Shown here: positions 46,593 to 55,671 of the stretch, one piece after another
Layout of the letters: the number at the start of each line of letters is the position of its first letter
How positions within the stretch are numbered: the first letter of the stretch is position 1
Position numbers and translations under genes: made by a program
The notes under the pieces: model-generated
Database searches by the model: none
What the model saw: the letters and a program-made list of their open reading frames with translations, nothing else
What the model was told of the DNA's origin: nothing
Source: an uncultured Myxococcales bacterium
GTDB lineage: Bacteria; Myxococcota; B64-G9
DNA length: 64,000 nt
NCBI GenBank assembly: GCA_964454005.1
Contig: CAYVQE010000005.1
Span: forward strand, 4,404 to 68,403
Direction of reading: 5' to 3'

Positions 46593-47960
46593 CTAGAAGC
46601 CGGCCGTCAGGCCGAGCCAGCCGCCGTAGTGCCAGCCGCCGGCGAAGGCCAGCCGGCCGCCGGCCGCGCCCGGTGCGGCATAGCGGGTGAAGCCGTTGTC
46701 GCCGGCCAGGCCCTCGAAGTTGAAGTCCTCGCGCAACAGCCGCGCCACCAAGCGCAGCTCCAGATGGCGCAGGAATCCCAGCAGCCGGCCGCGCTCGGGC
46801 AGCAGGCGCAGCCGCAACCCGATCCGGGCCCACCAGCTCAGGCAGGCAGCCAGGCTGCGATCGGCTGTCCAGTAGGCGCCGGCAGGACCGCCGGGGTAGT
46901 CGTCGCGGTAGAAGTTGGCCCGGATGCGGTGGGCCGCGCCGCCGTGAAGCTCGAGCGTCAGCCGGCGGCCCAGCCGCTGCAGCCAACCCAGCTGGGCCTG
47001 GCTATGCTCGACCCGCCAAGAACCGGTGCCCCAGCCGGCCCCCAGCTCGGCGGCCGCGCTCCAGGTCGGGATGGCGAAGCGCGCCCGCAGCAGCGCGCCC
47101 CAGCGCATCCGCGCCGGCGGGTGCTGTTCCGGCCGCGCGCGCGGGACGGTGGCCGGGGCCGGGCCGTCCACCGCCGGCCAGTGGCTCCACAGGGTGACCC
47201 AGCGGTAGGGGCTCTGCATGAAGCCCTCCTCGAGCAGGCCGGCCAACTCCAGGCGCAGGTTGATGCCCGGCAAGAAGCCCTGCTCGACGGCGGCCACGAT
47301 GCGATCGCTGGTCCGTTCGGCGGCGACCGCTTCCAGGGCCGGGCCCTGGCCGGCCGCCAGCCGCAGCCGCTGCATGGTTCGGCGGTAGGCCAGCTCGACC
47401 ACGGTGTCGCTGCCCAGCACCAGGGTGCGGGCGCTGATGGCCGGTGCGTGGACGTCGCCGTCGAAAGCGGTGCGGTAGCGGTAGCCGGCCCGCAGTACGC
47501 TGGTGCCGTCGTCGTAGACCAGCGCGGCCACCGGCCCGTGGGCCAGCCGGTCGAGTTGCAGCCGCCCGCGGAAGCCGTCGAAGCGGAAGATCCGCCGCCG
47601 CTCGAGGCTCTGGGTATAGCCGGCCTCCAGGCCGAAGCCGGCCGCCAGCTCGACCGCCGCCCGGGCCTCGGTGTCGAACCACAGGCCGTCGGCCTGGGCG
47701 CCGGGCTCGGCTGCGGTGCGCACCCGCAGCCGGGCGGTGTCGGTCGGCAGCGGGCGCAGGTCGGGCTCCGGCGGCGCGCTCGGCGCGTGCACCGGGCGGC
47801 CCGGCTCGAAGCGCATCAGCGGATCGGCCAGCACCTCGCGCGCCACCAACCGCTCGGCGCTGCAGCCGGCGGTGGCCAGCGCGACCAGGCCGGCCAGACC
47901 GACCACTCCGATCAACCCGCCGGCCGGGCGCCGGCCGCGGCGGCGGCCGGGCGGCTTCAG
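46593..47960 (-). CDS. Predicted outer-membrane beta-barrel lipoprotein, unknown family (start uncertain)
   Basis: The lipobox is VALATAGC and the C-terminus is aromatic (...LGLTAGF). The listed ORF 46593..48674 overlaps the whole upstream gene. Plausible starts are CTG 47960, TTG 47915 or GTG 47906. Confidence 0.5.
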   Translation of the reverse strand: MKPPGRRRGRRPAGGLIGVVGLAGLVALATAGCSAERLVAREVLADPLMRFEPGRPVHAPSAPPEPDLRPLPTDTARLRVRTAAEPGAQADGLWFDTEARAAVELAAGFGLEAGYTQSLERRRIFRFDGFRGRLQLDRLAHGPVAALVYDDGTSVLRAGYRYRTAFDGDVHAPAISARTLVLGSDTVVELAYRRTMQRLRLAAGQGPALEAVAAERTSDRIVAAVEQGFLPGINLRLELAGLLEEGFMQSPYRWVTLWSHWPAVDGPAPATVPRARPEQHPPARMRWGALLRARFAIPTWSAAAELGAGWGTGSWRVEHSQAQLGWLQRLGRRLTLELHGGAAHRIRANFYRDDYPGGPAGAYWTADRSLAACLSWWARIGLRLRLLPERGRLLGFLRHLELRLVARLLREDFNFEGLAGDNGFTRYAAPGAAGGRLAFAGGWHYGGWLGLTAGF

Positions 47961-48661
47961 CTGGAGTCCAGCGGCAGCCAAAAACCGACCCCCAGGCTGA
48001 GCACCAGGTTGTTGGTCACGGCGTCGGAGCCGAGCAGCTCCTGGACGGTGATCTGATCGCGCAGATCCAGCCGCAGCGACAACCAGCTGGTGGTGAAGAT
48101 CTTGATCCCGGCGCCGAAGCTGTAGGTCAGCCCCTTGGCGGTGCGGCTGTCGGTCACCCCGGCGCCGGCGGTGAGGTAGATGTCGAAATGGGGGATCAGC
48201 GTGCGGAACAGCATGAACTTGCCGTGGATCGGGTGCCAGACCAGGTTGCCGCTGTAGATGCGCGCCGTATGATCCGCCAGCACCCGGTAGCCGCTGACCC
48301 GCTCGACCGGCCGCCGGACCTTGGACGACAGCCAGGTCATGCCGAAGCGCGCCTCGATGGCGAAGCTCTCGTCGATGTGGAAGGTATAGTTGATGCCCGC
48401 CAGCGGCGCCGCCCCCATCACGTCGCTGGCGTAGACCCCGCCCGCCAGACCGATCTCGTGGCGCAGGCTCTTGATGAAGTTGCGCCGGGCCAACCCCTTG
48501 CGACCGCCCTGGTCGGTCTCGGGCGGCTCCGGGCAGCGGGACCGGCCGGCCGCCGGGACCAGGCAGAGCGCGAGAAACAGACCGAGCAGGCCGAACGCCG
48601 GCCAACGCCGGCGGTGGATGGCGGCGTGTTCGGCAGGGCTGATCGGGTGGTGGCGGTTCAT
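47957..48661 (-). CDS. GltA/GltB-type outer-membrane beta-barrel protein
   Basis: It shares blocks with the 56622 and 57392 genes: HFDIYLTAGAGV versus FHFYLVAGAGV and VDFYLTAGGGV, and WLSLRLDLRDQ versus WSLRIEIRDH and WFAIRLEIRDY. Confidence 0.65.
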   Translation of the reverse strand: MNRHHPISPAEHAAIHRRRWPAFGLLGLFLALCLVPAAGRSRCPEPPETDQGGRKGLARRNFIKSLRHEIGLAGGVYASDVMGAAPLAGINYTFHIDESFAIEARFGMTWLSSKVRRPVERVSGYRVLADHTARIYSGNLVWHPIHGKFMLFRTLIPHFDIYLTAGAGVTDSRTAKGLTYSFGAGIKIFTTSWLSLRLDLRDQITVQELLGSDAVTNNLVLSLGVGFWLPLDSS

Positions 48662-48692
48662 CGGCGGCTCGCATCCCTTCCGGCGTCCGGTA

Positions 48693-49469
48693 TCAAAACG
48701 ACAGCATCAGCCCCGCGCTGAAGCTGAACACGCCGACCAGCTCCTCGGCGTCGAAGGCCAGCAGCTGCCGGGCATCGAGCCGCAGGCCGAAGCCGCCGCG
48801 CAGCGCCAGCAGCAGGCCACCGCCGGCGCTGACCAGCGGGCGGGTGCTGGCGGCGAACAGGGCGTTGCCGCGGTGGGGCAGGGTGGTCGCCGCCCCGCCG
48901 CCGACGGCGATGAACGGCACCAGGCAACGCCAGGGACCCACCGCCACCAGCAGCTCGGCGCCGTAGATCAGCACGCTGCCCAGGTGGCCGGCCGACTGGC
49001 CCAGCACGGCCTCGATCATCCAGTGCCGGCTCGGCTGGTAGCCGAGCCGCAGGCTGAACAGGCCGTCGCGATCGAGCACGCCGCCGGCCAGGGTGGCGCT
49101 GAGCGCGCCGCCGGCCAGCTGCTCGGTGGCCAACAGGTGCTCGAACAGCCAGCGCTCGACCGCGCCCGGACCGGTCGGATCGGCCACCTCGAAGGGCCAC
49201 ACCAGCTCGGCCAGCACCCAACCGCTGATGCCCCGGGCCAGCCGGATTCGGTACCAGTCGCCATCCGGGGCCCGATCGAGGGCCTCGAAGACCTGGCCGC
49301 GACCCACCCGGCCGACCTCGCGGAAGCTGCCGCCGGGGCCGGCGCGCACCGGCACGCTGGGGGCCATGGCCCGCAGATGTACATCACGGCCGGCCAGATC
49401 GGCCGCCCAGCCGGCGGCCGCCTGGACGAGCAGCCCGAGTAGAACGATCGGGACGGCGATCGGCCTCAT
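48693..49469 (-). CDS. SH3b-domain protein fused to a GltA/B-type beta-barrel
   Basis: After the signal peptide comes an SH3_3-like segment (VPVRAGPGGSFREVGRVGRGQVFEALDRAPDGDWYRIRLARGISGWV). Barrel blocks follow (FIAVGGGAAT, GFGLRLDARQL), ending in ...LMLSF. Confidence 0.6.
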   Translation of the reverse strand: MRPIAVPIVLLGLLVQAAAGWAADLAGRDVHLRAMAPSVPVRAGPGGSFREVGRVGRGQVFEALDRAPDGDWYRIRLARGISGWVLAELVWPFEVADPTGPGAVERWLFEHLLATEQLAGGALSATLAGGVLDRDGLFSLRLGYQPSRHWMIEAVLGQSAGHLGSVLIYGAELLVAVGPWRCLVPFIAVGGGAATTLPHRGNALFAASTRPLVSAGGGLLLALRGGFGLRLDARQLLAFDAEELVGVFSFSAGLMLSF

Positions 49470-49960
49470 CGGTCACCACCGGCATCGCGCAGCCAGTCCA
49501 GGATGGCGACCAGTTGTTCGTCGCCGAGCGCATCGCCGCCCGGGTGGGCGGGCTGCTCGCCGCCGCCCCACAGCAGCAGCGGGCTGAGTTCGGGGCGGTC
49601 CAGCAGGCAGTAGCCGAGCACCGTGTAATAGCCGCTACGGAAGGGCTCTTCCAGCTCCCCGGGGTGGGCCACCACGGTGTCGGGCGGCAGCGCCTGGGCG
49701 GCCGCGACGAGCTGCAGCCCGCCCGGCCGGCCGTGGCAGGCGGCGGTGGCGCAGCCGTCGGCCAGGGCGGGGTGGATGTGCAGCGCGTAGCTGCGGGCGT
49801 CGGGCAGCTGCTTCGACGCCGCCAGGCTCGAACGGCCCGGATCGACCGGTCCGCAGCCCGCTGCCGCGGCCAACCCGGCCAGCAGCAGCGTCCAGGCCGC
49901 AGCCACCGGGCGCCGGTGCGCCGGGCTCGTGGAACCACTGTGGGCGTCGCATGGCGGCAA
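49466..49960 (-). CDS. Lipoprotein, first gene of the minus-strand Glt/Nfs-like operon
   Basis: The gene has a TTG start with an AAGGTG RBS and the lipobox LAAAAGC. It contains the motif IHPALADGCATAACHG and is coupled by ATGA to the next gene. Confidence 0.5.
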   Translation of the reverse strand: MPPCDAHSGSTSPAHRRPVAAAWTLLLAGLAAAAGCGPVDPGRSSLAASKQLPDARSYALHIHPALADGCATAACHGRPGGLQLVAAAQALPPDTVVAHPGELEEPFRSGYYTVLGYCLLDRPELSPLLLWGGGEQPAHPGGDALGDEQLVAILDWLRDAGGDR

Positions 49961-49974
49961 GCAGCTTCACCTTT

Positions 49975-49998
49975 CCGCTGTTTCGTCCGCTGTTTCGT
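49975..49998. repeat. Perfect 2 x 12-nt tandem direct repeat in a divergent promoter region
   Basis: CCGCTGTTTCGT CCGCTGTTTCGT lies 15-38 nt upstream of the TTG start at 49960. Confidence 0.9.
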
Positions 49999-50011
49999 CT
50001 GATGGTCCTCT

Positions 50012-50039
50012 TTTATGCTTTGGCAGTGGGCTTTGTCAA
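50012..50039 (-). promoter_or_regulatory. Sigma-70-like promoter for the minus-strand cluster
   Basis: The reverse strand reads TTGACA-N16-CATAAA, with a perfect -35 and a 4/6 match at -10. Confidence 0.45.
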
Positions 50040-50103
50040 TCCTGCTTTCCGGGCTCGACAGGGCCGCCACCGACGCTAACTTGTTGATTTTACTGGGTTG
50101 GAC

Positions 50104-50132
50104 TTGACAGGTCGACCCGGCTCGGCTATATT
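50104..50132 (+). promoter_or_regulatory. Near-consensus sigma-70 promoter
   Basis: The sequence is TTGACA (50104-50109), a 17-nt spacer, then TATATT (50127-50132). Confidence 0.6.
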
Positions 50133-50212
50133 GAGCGCTCGTTCGTGAACCGGGGGGGGCCACGGGCGTTCCAAGGGGGTGTGCGCGTTCGCGCGACAAG
50201 GAGGTTTTGCGG

Positions 50213-50374
50213 ATGGCCGAGGCGAAGGAAGGCAAGCGCGGAACGGCTGGTCGGGACAAGGCCAAGGCTGAAGGCGGCAAGCGCCGGGCGAGCCAGTCGC
50301 AGACGCAAACCAAGAAGGTACCCTCCAAGGCGGCGCTGAAGCAGTTGGCCAAGGACTGGGACCAGGTCACCTGA
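50213..50374 (+). CDS. Small basic protein (53 aa), not in the ORF track
   Basis: AAGGAGG lies 8 nt before the ATG. The ORF reads MAEAKEGKRGTAGRDKAKAEGGKRRASQSQTQTKKVPSKAALKQLAKDWDQVT. Third codon positions are mostly G/C, as in neighbouring genes, and the ORF lies downstream of the promoter at 50104. Confidence 0.5.
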   Translation: MAEAKEGKRGTAGRDKAKAEGGKRRASQSQTQTKKVPSKAALKQLAKDWDQVT

Positions 50375-50476
50375 CCGCCAGGCGCCCGGGCGGTCGCCGC
50401 GGCGGCCGCCACCCCGAGCGATTCGCGTTCCAGCATCGAGGCCGCAAACGGCCGCCGAGTATGCAACCCTGAACGG

Positions 50477-51394
50477 CTACGGCACGTCTTGTTCTTTCTT
50501 GGGCTGGCGTTTCTTGATGGCATCGGCCCGGGTGCGCTCGAACTGGTCGCGGCTCTGATCGAACCGTTCCCAGTCGGCGCGCTTGCGGTAGTCCTGGTAG
50601 AACGACCACCCGATCCACACTCCGGCGCCCAACAGGATCAGCAACAGCAGCAGCAGCACGTCGCGCAGACTGGGTTGGAACCAACGCCGCACCACCCGCT
50701 GTGAGCCGGCCATGCGCATCGGTCCCCGGCGCAGCAGCGCCGAGTCCGACTGCCCGCCGCGCCGTTTGCCCCCGGGCGCCGGAGAGGGCTCGAACTGCGT
50801 CCCATCCAGCGGCAGGCCGCCGGTGGTGCCGGCGGCGAATCGCGGCCTGGGCTCGGGATCCGATGGCGGCGGGGCGCTTTCGAGGCTGGCCGGAGAGTCG
50901 AACCCCCGCTCGTGCACCGGTGGCCGGTCGTGGATGCCGGAGACGTCTTCGAACAGCTCATCGCCCGCCGGTGGGCTGTCGTCGGCCGCTGGTGGCGGGC
51001 CGAGCAGGCTGCTGAGGTCCGGCGGGCCGGCCGCCGGCGCGTCATTCGTCTCGGGCAGCGGCGGCGGTGGCGGTTCGGTGCCGGGCCGATCGGAGGGCAG
51101 AAAAACGGGCAGCACCTGTTCGTTCGAGGCCCGCGGCAGGGGCAGTTCGTCGGGCGCGGCCTCGTCCGACTGGGCGCCGCAGGCGGTGGCCGCAATCTCG
51201 GTCACCTCCTCGGTGATCTCGCTGTCGTCGTCGAACAGGTCGGCCACCGGCCGCTGCTGGGGGGCGACCCGGGTCAGATCGGTCTCGACGTCGATATCGA
51301 GCTCGAACTCGTCGTGGGCGTGGATGCGCGGCCGAGCCTGCTGGCCATCCCCGCTGTCGCCGTCACCGGCGCCGGATCGATCGTCGTCGTCCAT
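50477..51394 (-). CDS. Acidic, proline-rich membrane-anchored protein
   Basis: The start MDDDDRSG (ATG 51394) lies inside listed ORF 50477..53248. The protein has one C-terminal TM helix (VLLLLLLILLGAGVWIGW) and a basic tail. Confidence 0.55.
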   Translation of the reverse strand: MDDDDRSGAGDGDSGDGQQARPRIHAHDEFELDIDVETDLTRVAPQQRPVADLFDDDSEITEEVTEIAATACGAQSDEAAPDELPLPRASNEQVLPVFLPSDRPGTEPPPPPLPETNDAPAAGPPDLSSLLGPPPAADDSPPAGDELFEDVSGIHDRPPVHERGFDSPASLESAPPPSDPEPRPRFAAGTTGGLPLDGTQFEPSPAPGGKRRGGQSDSALLRRGPMRMAGSQRVVRRWFQPSLRDVLLLLLLILLGAGVWIGWSFYQDYRKRADWERFDQSRDQFERTRADAIKKRQPKKEQDVP

Positions 51395-51553
51395 GGTTAC
51401 TCCGCTTCTGCTATCCTGGATGATAGGACCAAGCCGCCGCCGGGCGCAAGCTCGCGTCAGCAGCCGGCCGGCTGCTTGACACCCCGGTCGAACTCTTGCT
51501 ATTTTCGTCAGCCGCCCGGTAGGTTGCGCCGATTCGAGGAGAACCGCACACCC

Positions 51554-53113
<1,560 letters not shown>

Positions 53114-53135
53114 CGGGAGCGGGAGGACGGTCTCG

Positions 53136-53957
53136 ATGGCAACCAAGCTCGAAAAGGCCCAGTATCGATACGAGGCCCTGCTGCGCGATTTGGGCGAGAA
53201 GGCCGAGATGGTCGGCGAACTCGAACGGGCGGCCCCTGGCGTGCTCAAGAGCTACCGCCGCGCCAAGGACAACCTGTCCGACCGCAAGCTCGAACTCGAG
53301 TTCATCGAGAGCGAGATCGAGGGGCTGCAGGCCGAGCAGGGCCAGGCCGACGAGCAGGCCGAGGCGCGCTACGAGGAAGTCAAGGCCGAGATCGCCGACC
53401 TGGAGGAGCTGGTCGATATCAAGTACGGCAAGTCGAACCCGATCAAGAAGAAGCTGGCCGGGGCGCAGTACGACTTCAAGTTCGTCGAGAAATCGCTGGC
53501 CGACGAGCAGAACAAGGTCAAGGAGAAGAAGCGCCGCGAGGAGATGAAGGCCGCCCGCGAGCACGAGGACAACGTCAAGAAGCTCAAGATCGAGATCCTC
53601 AAGCGGCGCAAGGCCATCGTGGACATGAAACGCGAGATCAAGGAACTCGAGGGCCCGGCCAAAAAGATGGAGAAGGAACTCGAGGAACTCAAGGTGGAGG
53701 CCGGCGAACTCGAGCAGCAGCTGGAATCCGACCGCGCGGAAAACGACCAGAGCGACCTGTTGGCCGAGCTCGAGCGCCAGAAGGCGGCCAAGGAAAAAGA
53801 GGTCCAGCGGGCCGGGCAGCACCTCAAGGACGTGTTGGCCGACGTCGGCGAGGACCTCTACGAGCGGCGCAAGAACCACACCGTGCTCAACAAGTACTAC
53901 GCCGACCTGGACGCGGTGGCCGAGATGATCGATAAGCTCCAGGGGCAGGCGGGATGA
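53136..53957 (+). CDS. Coiled-coil protein
   Basis: The 273-aa protein is E/K/L-rich with heptad character throughout. A GGGAGG RBS is present. Confidence 0.6.
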   Translation: MATKLEKAQYRYEALLRDLGEKAEMVGELERAAPGVLKSYRRAKDNLSDRKLELEFIESEIEGLQAEQGQADEQAEARYEEVKAEIADLEELVDIKYGKSNPIKKKLAGAQYDFKFVEKSLADEQNKVKEKKRREEMKAAREHEDNVKKLKIEILKRRKAIVDMKREIKELEGPAKKMEKELEELKVEAGELEQQLESDRAENDQSDLLAELERQKAAKEKEVQRAGQHLKDVLADVGEDLYERRKNHTVLNKYYADLDAVAEMIDKLQGQAG

Positions 53958-53979
53958 GCCGATCGCGAGGACATCCGGC

Positions 53980-55575
53980 ATGAGGCGCCGGTCCATTCCG
54001 CTGGTGGCGCTGCTGGTACCGCTGGCCGCCGCGGCCGGCTGCACCGAGCCCGGTCCCAGCGAGAAAAAGCCCTGGGTGCTGGTGCTGGCCGAGAAGCCGA
54101 CCCACCGAGCGGCCGCTCGGGCGGCCGAGCGGCTGGTCGAGCAGGATCCGGCTTTCGAGGGCAGCAGCGCCCTGTCGCTGCGCGCGGCCAACGGCGGGCG
54201 GCGCCACCTGTTGGTCTCGGCGCCGCGGGCCGCCCGCGCCGGGCTGGACGCGTTGGCCGACCAGCTGCCCGGGGCGGCCGGGCGGCGGCTGGAGCGGCTG
54301 GACGTGCGCCGGGTCGAGCGGCTCGATCCCGAGCGGCTGGCCATCATCTCGCCGCCCGAGGACTGCGAGACCATCGAGCGGCTGGCCCGCATGCTGCCGC
54401 GGCCGGTCGACGAGCGGCTGGTGTCGTTTCTGATCCGCGCCGAGACCGACGGCGACAGCGGGCCCGGGGCACTGGCCCGCTCGGCCGCAGCGGGTTTTTC
54501 CCAGGCCTTCGGTGAGCTGGGTTGGCGGGCCACCGCCGAGGCGACCTACCGTGCCGCCGGCGGCGAGGGGCGCTGCCATGTGTTCATCGGTTGGTTGGCC
54601 GCCGGCGGCGACGCCGAGGCGGCCCTGCGCGCCAGCTACAACTTCCTGCTGGCCCGGGTGCATCCGGAGCCGGCGGCCGCAGCGGCCGAAGCGGGGGCCG
54701 AGCCGGCCAAGCGCCAGCGGCGGCGCAAACGCCGGCGCCGCCAGCGGCCGGAGCCCGAGTCGGCGGAGCCCTTGCCGCTGGTGCCGGTACAGCAACCCCT
54801 GCCCGAGCGGGTGGCGGGCCGCATGCCTTGGGGAGAGACCGAGCTGATCGCGCTCGAACGGGTGGGGTTGCGCGTTTTGCCGCCGGCCGGCCGCCTGCGC
54901 CGCCAGCGGCTGGCCGCGACGCCACCGCCCTGGCGGGCCCGGCTGGCCGCGGCCCCGGGGGGCCGGGCGGTGGTGCTGCTGCTGAGCGACGATGCGCAGC
55001 TGGCCGATCGCTTGTCGCGACCCGGCGGCCTGGGCGAGTCGACCGGATTAGCCCACTCCAGTTGGCTGCAGGCCATCTGGGCCGCCCTGCCCGAGGTGGC
55101 CATCCCGGGCGATCGCTTCGCCTATGCCGCTATGCAACGGCTCGATAGCTGGCTGCCGGCCAGGATGCGCCGCCGCTTGAAGCTGGCCGCGGCGGCCGGC
55201 CGGCCGGTGCTGCAGGCCGGCTACCGGGCCGAGAAGGGCCGGGCCGGTTGGCAGCTCAACTGGTTCCGCACCGCCGACGCGGCCACCGCCGGCCGGTTGT
55301 TCGAGCAAGCGCTGGTGGCGCCGCGCCAGGCCCTGATCAAGCGGGTGATGGAGGCCGAACGGGTGGTGCGCTACGAGGTCGGCCTGAACCTGCGCGAGAC
55401 CGGCGACGTCCAGGCCTGGCACCTGATGGGTGCGCGGCGCGGCCGGCTGCAGGAGCTGTACTTCCAGCGCGGCCGGGAGGTGTGGCTGATCCGGGCCCGG
55501 ACCGAATCCAGCGGTGGCCTGCCGGCCGGCGATCTGCTCGGCCGCGTCGAGATGCTGGCCATCTGGGACCGCTGA
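53980..55575 (+). CDS. Lipoprotein, unknown function
   Basis: The lipobox is PLAAAAGC. The 531-aa protein has an internal poly-Arg/Lys patch (KRQRRRKRRRRQR). Confidence 0.55.
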   Translation: MRRRSIPLVALLVPLAAAAGCTEPGPSEKKPWVLVLAEKPTHRAAARAAERLVEQDPAFEGSSALSLRAANGGRRHLLVSAPRAARAGLDALADQLPGAAGRRLERLDVRRVERLDPERLAIISPPEDCETIERLARMLPRPVDERLVSFLIRAETDGDSGPGALARSAAAGFSQAFGELGWRATAEATYRAAGGEGRCHVFIGWLAAGGDAEAALRASYNFLLARVHPEPAAAAAEAGAEPAKRQRRRKRRRRQRPEPESAEPLPLVPVQQPLPERVAGRMPWGETELIALERVGLRVLPPAGRLRRQRLAATPPPWRARLAAAPGGRAVVLLLSDDAQLADRLSRPGGLGESTGLAHSSWLQAIWAALPEVAIPGDRFAYAAMQRLDSWLPARMRRRLKLAAAAGRPVLQAGYRAEKGRAGWQLNWFRTADAATAGRLFEQALVAPRQALIKRVMEAERVVRYEVGLNLRETGDVQAWHLMGARRGRLQELYFQRGREVWLIRARTESSGGLPAGDLLGRVEMLAIWDR

Positions 55576-55583
55576 AAAAATCC

Positions 55584-55611
55584 TTGCCTTCGATCGATTT
55601 CCGAGTATAAT
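55584..55611 (+). promoter_or_regulatory. Sigma-70-like promoter of rplC
   Basis: The sequence is TTGCCT, a 16-nt spacer, then TATAAT (a perfect -10), about 60 nt upstream of ATG 55672. Confidence 0.55.
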
Positions 55612-55671
55612 CCGCCCCTCTCGATCCGCCGTGGTGCGGATTGGCGCGCAATACTCGAGGAGTGTGAGATC

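Noticed and set aside
44023-48056. Plus-strand ORFs of 691 aa (44023..46098) and 736 aa (45846..48056), and similar ones at 20053..22143 and 16335..17735.
   Set aside because: They lie opposite translationally coupled minus-strand genes that have signal peptides and paralogs elsewhere in the window. The products are Arg/Pro/Gly-rich with no domains.
50145-50339. A listed 64-aa + ORF in the promoter-proximal region.
   Set aside because: It has a GTG start without an RBS and an Arg/Pro-rich shadow composition. The overlapping 53-codon frame at 50213..50374 has an AAGGAGG RBS and more gene-like codon usage.
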